A stretch of DNA of 64,000 nucleotides from NCBI GenBank assembly GCA_965113315.1, contig OZ220364.1; one strand, 5' to 3'. The stretch's first letter is position 1. Each line of letters opens with the position of its first letter. The notes below the pieces were generated by a model. The model made no database searches, was not told the DNA's origin, and saw only the letters and a list, made by a program, of their open reading frames with translations. Origin of the DNA: Podarcis vaucheri. Taxonomy: Eukaryota. This document shows positions 37,894 to 47,879 of this stretch, one piece after another. A program made the translations under genes and the position numbers.

Positions 37894-38550
37894 TATAAAT
37901 AATTTGGTCCATAGGTTTTAGAGCACAGCGTTGACATTATAGTGTAAGCAATGGCAAAAGGGCAAATATTTGGTTTCTCTAGTCAAGTGCTCTATCATCT
38001 AGACTTGGAAGCAGCATCAAATGTGTGGATTGGACAGTTAAAAATGAATACTGGTCCTGTTCCACCTAACAAGCACATACTGCAACCAAGAAAGCTTGAG
38101 GGTGGGGGAGAAGAGTGATATAAAGGCCCCAGTATAGGGAAACCTTTCAACGTGTATGAGCTGAGAAGGCAAAGAGGAAGTAAGCAAGAACGGCAAGAGC
38201 TATGAGCGGCAAGAAGTATGGTCTGTGTGAGGATGGGAAGGAGCGCCAGTGTGCAGGGACGCTGCGGGATGCACCAGAGGAGAAAAGGAACCAACAACAA
38301 AGACGGGAGGAACTGCAGGGAAGCAAGGGCAAGTTCTATAGCTAAGGACCTTTGGGAATCTTGGCGTGCAGTAACAACTGTCATTTGAAATACGCTTCGA
38401 TGACAAGTTGATTTTTGACTTTTCATTCACTTCTTTACGTTTGAGAAAAAGGAGCCTTAAAATGAAAAGCAAAGCCAAACAAATATCTTGCTGACTAGCA
38501 AGCGCAAGCGTGCCGACATTCAAATAACTGTCACTCGAAAGATACCTTAC

Positions 38551-38700
38551 CTGTCTAGAAGAATTCAAGTTTTGCATGCCCAGCCCTGAGGCAATCCCAC
38601 CCAGGGTCTGATTAGGGAGTGCACTGTTTGAAAGGGGGAGCTTCAGGCTTGGTGAAGGCAAAAATGGTGAAGTAGTGGGCTCTTCCACTAGGCCGCCATC
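38551..38700 (-). CDS. TNRC6C: TNRC6C exon (150 nt; 174 nt with alternative acceptor) [22 protein letters not shown]...NLNSSRQ
   Basis: TTTTTCAATCAG| acceptor, CAG|GTAAGG donor; phase 0-0. Confidence 0.91.
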
Positions 38701-40960
38701 CTGATTGAAAAAAGAAAGGGTGAGCTGTGTGCAGTGTCCAGGTACAGACAGTGCACAGAACAGTTTCCCATGGAAATATAAGTGGAACATGGATGAATAA
38801 AAGTTCAAAATATTGTTTAAAAAGGCATGAGGAATATATAATGAAAAGTATGGGGTGGAAGGGAGAAGAAAAAGAGAAACAGAATTTAGATACTGTTTGT
38901 CTTTACTTTTCGTTTTGCATTTTGTAAATCTATAACTGAACAGTATTCTGTAGTATGAAAAATGGCAGGCACAAAAAGGGATGCTTGTTGTAACATTTTA
39001 AAAATAGGAATGTTACAGGGCAACCTATCCCTTGCCTCAAGAGGAATGGCAAGAACACCCACACAAGACAGACTTCTGTCTGATCATTACTTCCATGCCC
39101 ACTTCATTTCCTCTCTTTTCTCTCAATTACAAAATAAAACAAAAGGGGAGGGGTTGGAGGACAAAAGGACATTCAATTCTTCTGAAAACCCTGAAAAGCC
39201 TGATTGCATTTTTGGAACACCGCCATAAACCAAAGTGGAAACAGACTTATGAAGAAAGTTAAAAATTACAGGAGTTTCAGAATGCTTTCTTCACTGATAC
39301 TTTGGTAATATACATAATCAACAATTCCAATTTTAGGTAGTGTTCTAAATTGCAAATCAGCTGTTCAGAAAACTTGTTCCATTAATCTTCTGTGTCATCT
39401 ACAGTTAGGTACATGACAGACATTAAACTATTTTTAAACATTAGCATAGTAATCAGTATGTAAACAAACATCTGCTATTGAATGCAGGTGTATAACAATT
39501 TATTTAAAAATCAGTTACCAATCTGAGGGATGAGGAAGACGACAAGGGGGCTGCTATGTTGACAGTGTCCTAGTCTGAATGCCATGTTTTAGAGCTAATT
39601 GGAATTTTCAAAGAATTCTGTATTGTCAACTGTAGCCCCAAGCATATTCCAGTTTATATGCATATAGGTTTCACTGGCATGAGTAGGATGTGAATAAGTG
39701 GGCTGAATTTTGTGTCTAATTCCTCAGCTTTGTCATAGCATAAACAAAAACCAAATTGTAACCCACCCAACCCAACCAATTTCCACTTAAAAAATTCTTC
39801 AAAGTATTGGAAGCAATAACATCCCATAAATTGGTGAGTTCATACGTAACACTTCTAATCCCTCAAGAAATAAGATTATCTCCTCCCTCCCTTGCATGCT
39901 CAGAGTCAATTAAGTTTTGAACCAGGCAAGCCATCACCTCAGTGTTGTCAAGCTGGTTTGTGCATATTCTCCAAACTATTACTGGAAATCACAACTTAAA
40001 GTTGGTTACCGGTTCTGGTTTGAAGGTCAGCCACAAACCATAGTTTGCCGATTTGGATGAAATGGCAAACAACAATTTGCCTAAAAGATGGGAAGGAGGA
40101 AATGTCATACTAAAGAGGAAGGGGCTTGCACAAAGCTTATTCCCAATCATCCTAACCATGGTTTGGAAGATTGGACACATTATATGTGAAACAATACAAA
40201 ATATCAAGAAGAAAACCTTACAGCAGAAGCTTTAGGTGGAGGAGGTTTGGGAAGTAATCTCATCTGTCTATGTCTGTCTAGGTGGCCATCTTCTACTGAC
40301 CTAATTCTAGGGGTATTCTGCTCTTCCCCCAAAAATGCTTTTTTCTGTGTATAGCTAGTGTCTTTGGGGTTTAATGCAGGATAAACACAGTGGGCCAGTG
40401 TGGACATAAGATAACTGTGATATAGTGTTACAAATTCCAACATTCATCAAGTGCCAGTTCAGAAACATCTGCTAATCACAATCCCTTGTTGTGTCATACT
40501 CGAGAAAACACTGTGCAAATGCTAGTTAGTGAGCAAGCTGGTATCATAAACTACAATTAGACCCTGGGTTTGTCTGAACTAACCAGAGTTCTTAGAGTCT
40601 GAACATAACATAATGGTTAATTTAACATCAAAAGAGAAAGTTTTCAATCAATCTTGTATGCAAGAGGAGAAAAGGTAGAGTGCATAACTTGTGCATGTAT
40701 TTCCCCCCCTTAAAATGTTAAGTGGTATATTAATTATGTACATAAACAAACATTGTACATGGTTCCTGGGGCTATTGGTTTCTCCCCTTCCTCATGGTTT
40801 CACCCATCCTACTGACAACCTCACAGTATAATAATACAGATGCCTTCTGAAAACTTCTTTATTTCCACAAGCCTACCTAGATGTATAATTTATTTGGGTA
40901 TATTTGTTTTAATTTTATCTGTGTTTTATTGATAGTTATCATATTATGTTCACTGCTTAG

Positions 40961-41000
<40 letters not shown>

Positions 41001-41245
41001 GCTTTCGTAGATTTTCACGGGTACAGGAATGCAGGTTTTGGTGTCTTCGGGTGTCTTCCCGTGTAAGAGTCGGGGTGTCTGGGCGACGTTTCGACGAGGT
41101 CTCACTCGTCATCTTCAGGCTGGTGCTTTCGGCTTCTTACAAGAAGCCGAAAGCACCAGCCTGAAGATGACGAGTGAGACCTCGTCGAAACGTCGCCCAG
41201 ACACCCCGACTCTTACACGGGAAGACACCCGAAGACACCAAAACC

Positions 41246-41250
<5 letters not shown>
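41001..41250. mobile_element. Penelope-like fold-back insertion in a (TA)n microsatellite
   Basis: Perfect inverted arms 41029-41138 and 41141-41250 with a 2-nt loop; (TA)n on both sides; PLE-type CTGAAGATG...CGAAACGTC motif. Confidence 0.8.
41159..41196 (+). ncRNA. Minimal hammerhead ribozyme motif (identical copy on minus strand at 41083-41120)
   Basis: GC-CUGAAGA-U-GACGAG-UGAGAC-CUCGUC-GAAA-C-GUC-GC: core boxes, 6-bp stem II, palindromic ACGU stem III, GUC triplet. Stem I has only 2 contiguous bp. Confidence 0.6.
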
Positions 41251-41288
<38 letters not shown>

Positions 41289-41562
41289 TGAACTGCAGCA
41301 ATCCATGAAGTTGGCAATCAGCCCCACACATGAGCTCAAAGGCCTAAGTACAGAGTGTAGCAGTTACAAGTTTCTTTAAATAAGAGGCTCTAGCCAGTGG
41401 GATATATGTTCTGAGATCCTCAGCTCACATGCGTGCCTGCCTGTCTCAATCTCATTCTCCTCAACACAGCTAGACAAGTAGAACGATTAGGAATGGAAGG
41501 AGCAGGTTATGTTGGGAGGCACTGAAAATCAATGAGAAAGGAATGAAAGTAAGTGATAAGAA

Positions 41563-41698
41563 CAGGCATAGGCAGACTCGGCCCTCCAAATGTTTTTGAA
41601 CTACAACTCCCATCATCCCTAGCTAACAGGACCAGTGGTCAGGGATTATGGGAGTTGTAGTCCCAAAACATCTGGAGGGCCAAGTTTGCCTATGCCTG
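41563..41698. mobile_element. Palindromic hAT MITE
   Basis: CAGGCATAGGCA...TGCCTATGCCTG; TSD GATAAGAA / GACAAGAA. Decayed relatives near 11720-11835, 43715-43840, 44100-44236, 45735-45870 and 51935-52075. Confidence 0.85.
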
Positions 41699-41753
41699 GA
41701 CAAGAAGGACAAAGTGAGTCCTTGGTGAGGGGAAAGAGGCAACAGTAAGAGGG

Positions 41754-41754
<1 letters not shown>

Positions 41755-41785
<31 letters not shown>
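41755..41785. repeat. (GT)n microsatellite
   Basis: Pure dinucleotide run. Confidence 0.95.
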
Positions 41786-41788
<3 letters not shown>

Positions 41789-44479
41789 CTTACTTTTGAA
41801 ACTGAACAGCAGGAGCCAAAAGAAAAGAAGGTAGTGTGGGAAAAGGGGACTGCAAATTTAATCTGCGTGAGAGAGAACAGTGGAAGAGAAAGTGAATGTA
41901 TGAGTATGGTGCATGCTTCTGTACGTGTGTGAATAGATGGCTGGGAATTTCCATGTGTGAAAAGAGAATGGATTTTTTGTTGGGGTGAGGGGGAGGAAAA
42001 CAGAGGTGTGTCTGCACACTTTGGGCTTTGGCCCTGCCCATTGCCCTCACATGGTCTCCAGCCACTTTTTCTTCCAATAAATGCAACTCTTCACTTATAA
42101 AAGGTTGTCCACCTCAATGCTAAGCTATTCTTTGGCATTACATCTGAACTGGCCTACATTTATGAATGTGCAGTGTATGTGCTGTGGAGCAATTAATATA
42201 GAAGTGAGAACAGGGGCTTCTACTGCTACGCTATGCCTGTCTGGAAGAACGTTAGTAAACAAAAGCATGTATTTCCCGCCCCCACTGGTTTAGTATCACA
42301 GACTGCAGCAGGGTGCTGAGCAAAGGTTCTGCCCCTTGTGGAGCCAGATTATTCTCTGATGCTTAAATATCCCCTTCCGCAGGCAAATATTCTACAAGTA
42401 AAAGCCTGAAGTCATGTGGAAAAAAATCTCAATTTTGCTGTGTACTTTGCAAATAATTATAGCTTCACGAGTGTATGCATGCTCTTTTGTTAACTTGCTA
42501 AAAGCAGTAATTTTACAGCTAATTTGCATCATCTTCCCACCCACTCACTCAGAAGACTATTAAGTGTCAGGGAATAGCCCATGTTCCTAAAAAGGGTGAA
42601 ATATTGTTCCATGCCAATCAAACATGAAATATCTGTGGAGTCCTAAATAAACTCCTGCTAATACAAGTTTTTCTGCCGGCTCCTTGTAGAGGCCCATGAA
42701 AAGTTTCTTTCTCATCAACCAATGTGATACTTAGTTTAGTGCTGGAAGGTCCTGAGGGAGGACACAGACATTTTCTAATCATATCCCCAAGGTCTTTCAG
42801 CTCAACATGTTTCACATTCTGCAAGAATATCCGTCATGCTCCACAAACTGCAGCTTACATGACAGTAACAGGTTCAAGGATTTCTTCTGTTCAGGTCATG
42901 AGCTGTTTGCTATCCTTTCTTGCCTCTTAAGCAGGAATACTTTTCAGTGTCCTATATGTTCCTTCTGCTCAGGATTGGTTTGCTCTAAAAACCAAGGTTC
43001 CTATTCACATACAAAATATTGTGGAATGCTTAAAAAGTCATTTGGTCTGAAGTTTGGCCTGAAGAAAGCTAGGATATAGCTGGAAGAAGAAGGGAAAGCA
43101 TTCCTCAGAAGGGGAAAGTGGCCTTAACACTTCAAAGGCCAAAGAAACAGAAATGAGAATGAAATGTTTTGTTGTGATCCATACTCCATAGTCTGATCCA
43201 CAACAGAACTTTCAAGTACTGTATTTAGGTGCAATCCACCCCCGCACCTTTATGTGCTAATGCCACATAATAATTATTTTTCCAAGTTATGCTCCTGGTT
43301 AACAAGAAAAACTTCCTGAAAGTGTCCTATACTAATGGAAAAGGAATTCTGAGCATTTTCAGACTCAAAGGAGCCCTTCTGTTCACCAGCGGGGCAAGTC
43401 TGGATGGAACACATGGTATTCATTTGTTGTGTTTGCAACCCTTAAAAACACAGAGAAGTGTGATACTGTACCTAGAACTGTAAACTGTAGAAAAGCTGGT
43501 CTTTTCATAAACAAATAAAGGCACTTGCTAAGCAATTAATAATTTTAGGAATAAAGTTGGGGATGCATATGATGATTACTTTATCTTAATGTCTCAATTA
43601 CAGACTCCAAAAGAAGTGTTCTTCCTGGATTCTTATTCTCTGGAGCATTACAAATTGCCATGGCCAGAGATGGGATTTTGGATGTGGTAGATGTGTCAGT
43701 GCAATGTTAGTGCATGTGGTGCCCTCCAGATGTTTTTATTCTACAGCTTGCATCATCCCTGAGCGTTGGCCATGCTGACTGGGGCTGATGTGCTTTGGAG
43801 CCCAACAACATCTGGATGGCAGCCCATCGGTTGCTCCTGTACTAGAGGGTCTAAGGACAAACCTGTAAGAGAAGCTCCATGTAGTGGCTGGGCCTTTTTT
43901 AGTTATTAAATGTATTTGGGAAAGTTTAAAATCTATTACTGGTGTCTCTCGATTACTTGGCAAAAGACAAGAGAAATAAATTATTTTTTTCATATTTCAC
44001 ATATCCACACTGCAAGAGGATGTCTCAGCTCAATATTTATTGTTTATATGGCACCACTGAGGTACAATACTGAGTATAAAAAGGATCTCTGCCTTTTGGC
44101 AAGAATGGGAAACCTGTGGCTCTCCAGATGTTATTGGACTCCAAATCCCATCAGCTACAGGCAGCAGGGCCAGTGGTCAGGAATCATGAGTTGTAGTCTC
44201 AACAAGGTCTGGAGGCCCATAGGTTCGCCAGCCCTGCTAGAAAAGAACAGCTGGAAGCAGCAAGTGGCGATATTGTGCTAATGCCAAATGTCTACACCTG
44301 CAGATGAAATAGAACAGCTCACTCTCCAGTAACTATGCTTTCTTTTACTAGTAAAGCTAAGAAGTAAAGGGAGCAGACTCATGAGGCAAAACAGTACATT
44401 TACCTGCCCCACCCATATTTCCAGGTTAATCTAACTTTTATTGTTTCTTCCCACTCTGCTTCCCGAGTGCTGCACCTAC

Positions 44480-44625
44480 CTTGTCAAGGAAGGTGGGGCG
44501 GTCCATGGAAGACTCTTTGGAGATCGGTGGTGGGCGGCAGCCAAGGGGTTTGGTGACCATTCCATTGTAGTCAGCCACACCCATTCCACGCTTGTCCATT
44601 TCCACCTTCTTTTCCAGCAGAGCAC
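44480..44625 (-). CDS. TNRC6C: TNRC6C exon (146 nt) SALLEKKVEMDKRG...SMDRPTFLDK
   Basis: TTTTTGCAG| acceptor, AAG|GTAGGT donor; phase 1-0. Confidence 0.92.
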
Positions 44626-44917
44626 CTGCAAAAAGTAAACACAATATGAAGACACCAAAGAAAATGAGGGAAATGTCCCTAAATCAAGACAAAATGACTG
44701 TTGTACTGATACAACTACTGCTACACTCCCACTGATATTAATACACTTCATACTTGAAATTTAAAATGCATTTTGTCTTTTAAAACACTAAGATTGGCAC
44801 TTGATAATTTGAAACCAACTCGGTCCTTTGATATAATGCTGCTGGGAAAAGTGATGCAAATTTCATTGTAACAGATCAACCCCCGCAGATGTCTATTTCA
44901 GTTACAAAAATACTTAC

Positions 44918-44975
44918 TCATGGCCTGATCTAGATTCATACTGTTACTCTTCAAGGCCTCTTCTGCTGGCTCTCT
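44918..44975 (-). CDS. TNRC6C: TNRC6C exon (58 nt) REPAEEALKSNSMNLDQAM, UBA-like domain
   Basis: TTTTTTACAG| acceptor, TGA|GTAAGT donor; phase 0-1. Confidence 0.92.
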
Positions 44976-45419
44976 CTGTAAAAAATGAGAAATTGCGTTT
45001 TTTCACAACTATGAAACACAATGTAGATTTTACAAGAACTGTAAAACAGGTGCAAGGGGAGACATACCTAGAGCTTTCAAACCATTCAATTGTTTGAAAC
45101 AGGAATTTTGCAATCAAGTCAGTAATATATATGTAAAATTTGGAGCGAGATGGATTTGCTAGGAGCCATGATTCGGAGCACCTTACAGCAACTACCTCCT
45201 CTCTTAAGACATCATAATCTGACATGCTGATTTTGGCTGAGACTTATGTGAGCTTGGGTGCACCAGCATCTGGGGGGGGGGGGCTACAGGTTCCTCATCA
45301 CTGCTTAACACCATGAAGACAAAGCCAGAGGAAATACTAGCACATGAATATTCCTGGACTAGAACCACATGATGGATGAGCTAGAAATTTAATAAATAAA
45401 TAAACCAAATGTTACTCAC

Positions 45420-45500
45420 TGGGAAGCCCATGTCTGTGAGCTGTTTTATCAGACGGTTCATGATCCAGGCCTCATCGTGCTTACTAGATGTCTTCATGCC
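45420..45500 (-). CDS. TNRC6C: TNRC6C exon (81 nt) GMKTSSKHDEAWIMNRLIKQLTDMGFP, first part of UBA-like domain
   Basis: UBA signature MGF; TTTCTCAG| acceptor, CCA|GTGAGT donor; phase 0-0; not in ORF track. Confidence 0.92.
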
Positions 45501-46745
45501 CTGAGAAAATTAATTAAGAGGAAAAATGGAAAACTTTTAAACGAGAACACCCTACACCCAATTTAATTCAACAGGACTTACTTCTAGGTAACAGTGTATA
45601 GGATTGCAGTCTAAATTTCTTTATTTGTCATATTTATTGCAGGGAAAGAGAATGAAAATCCACATAAAGTCTTTCCATATAAATATTGCATGAATGTGAG
45701 ACGGCTTGGGTGCAATGTTAAACCATTGTATAGTGTTGGGTTAGGCAACATGGTGCTCTCCAGATGTTATTGGACTACAAGTCCCATTAACCCCAGCCAG
45801 TATGGCCAATGGCAGGGGATGATGGAGGTTGTAATCCAACAACATCTGGAGGGCACCACATTGCCTACCTCAGATATACTACTACATGCACGAGCTGTGG
45901 CATGTTTTGGGTTCACACCAGAGGGGGAACTATGTTTCTTCTTGTCAGAAAAGCAGTTTGGATGTAAAGAAAATATATTAGTCTATGGTTAAGCATGGCT
46001 GGGCATCACATCCACAAGTTGCAGCAAGTCTCCTCTTTTGTGCAAAAGTAGAAAAAGTAGGGAACGTCTGTTTTTGATTTTAAATTAACCAGTTCCCTGG
46101 TTAGTTTAGACTTGTTAGCTCAAATAAGCCAGGATCAAACAATGGTTTCTGATCCTGGCTTGTTCACTAACTAGAAATTTTGCCACCTAGAATTCCTTAA
46201 GTGTGGGTGCAAGGAGGAACTCAGGTTACTTTAAAGCTGGAAGTGGAGGCTTTCAGGTTTACACAAATCTTATACAATCAGCTGAGAAAGATTCCTACTT
46301 TCTACCTTATTTGTTGGACAGCAGAGAAATAGCTTATCACACTTGTTAGCAAGCAGACATGCATTATGACCTGTAAACCTATTGTGTCCCTTATTTGTCA
46401 GAACTCATTCTGACTATGTGGTCTTTGCATAAATGTTGAAATACTGCAAAAATCAGATCTGTTTGTGTCTGTAAAGAACACGTGATTGACATCTACAGCA
46501 GGGTGCAAAGGAATCTGTTAGGCAGGGCCATAGCATATCAACTGATTCTCTAGTCCATTCCAGCTTTCCAACACCATTTGAACAAGACAAGTGATGGTAA
46601 CTACAGGATAATAATCTTATTGTAGTGCTTTTTGAAAATGATGACTTTCATACTTTCATAAAACAATTTGATAAAGTATATTAAAAAAAGTGCACGAACC
46701 ATCTCATCTTACTGGTTTTTATAACCCAGCTGTGCTTAGTCTTAC

Positions 46746-46915
46746 CTTTTGAAGTCCTTTCTTTGGAGCATTTCCCCAGGAGCTACAAGAGGAATTACTC
46801 TCTTGTGAAGCAGTATTATTCCACATATCTCCTTCTTCATCTTCCCACTGACTTGTACTGAGATTTACTTCATCTCCACCACCGCCCCAGCCTTCTTGCA
46901 TAGAAGATTTAGAAG
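46746..46915 (-). CDS. TNRC6C: TNRC6C exon (170 nt) ASKSMQEGWGG...WGNAPKKGLQK
   Basis: CCTACAG| acceptor, AAG|GTAAGA donor; phase 1-0. Confidence 0.93.
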
Positions 46916-47533
46916 CTGTAGGAGGAATGGAACATTTCAGTTGACCTTCCTATACTTTAAAATCAATGGGCTTCGTTCGCATGTATCAGTCAAGACTTAG
47001 CACAAACATGTGGGATCTCGCTGAGAAGACAGCAACCACTTTGCTCCTCTCTCCAGCACTGCTGCACCACTGTGAACCAAATCATGGATTGGCTTAGTGG
47101 CTTATTCATCTGAACCTAGGCCTTTGATGTGTCTCATTCCAGACAAATCATGAATGAAAAGTTTTTGCTCAGAGTGAGAAAAACCACGAGCCTGGGTTCA
47201 GGAAACACACTAGGCCAAATCACAAGAAGCTGACAGCAGGAGTAATGTGGCCACTAGTTCCTCTCTAGGACCCCAGACGCTCAGGTCACACTAAGCATTA
47301 TGTGCGAGTCAATATATTTGGAAATTTTGTCGAGCTTGTTCTGTATTTTACTATTTGGAGAGCTTATGTCTGAATTAATAAAAAGAGCATAGGTTATACA
47401 TGTTGGCCTGTTGTTGGTTGTACAAGTGATCAAGCGGAATACCTGTTTAAGCTAAAAAAAAGTTATCTATATGAAAGCAGAGCTATAATTCTTCTTGCCA
47501 ACTCAGCCAAGACAAATCAACACACACACTTAC

Positions 47534-47740
47534 CTGGTTTGCACAGTACTGGGGCAGCAGCTGGTGCACTTGCTCTTCCATATGACCCTGCTGACTCAGC
47601 AGAGTTATCTCCCCACCCTGTACCGCTGCTGGGAGGCTTTCCCCATGCTGAAGTGCCATTATCAACTGCAGCAGAAGGGGAGGAAGGCTCTCCCCATGAA
47701 GCTTCAGGCTTTGCATGGATAGCAGGCATCTCTCCCCAGC
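47534..47740 (-). CDS. TNRC6C: TNRC6C exon (207 nt) [19 protein letters not shown]...[12 protein letters not shown]...LCKP
   Basis: GW motifs; acceptor TTTCAGCAG|, donor CAG|GTAAGT; phase 1-1. Confidence 0.93.
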
Positions 47741-47836
47741 CTGCTGAAATCAGATATGGGGGGGGGGGGGAGAGAGATGGTTAGAGGAAACAAAGAAACA
47801 TAAAATCAACTTTTCGGAATACATCTCCGGAAAGCG

Positions 47837-47837
<1 letters not shown>

Positions 47838-47867
<30 letters not shown>

Positions 47868-47879
47868 CATACATACATA
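47838..47879. repeat. (TACA)n microsatellite
   Basis: About 10 tandem units. Confidence 0.95.

Noticed and set aside
41029-41379. Mirror-image ORFs (MQVLVSSGVFPCKSR...) on both strands
   Set aside because: By-product of the perfect palindrome and the (TA)n tract.
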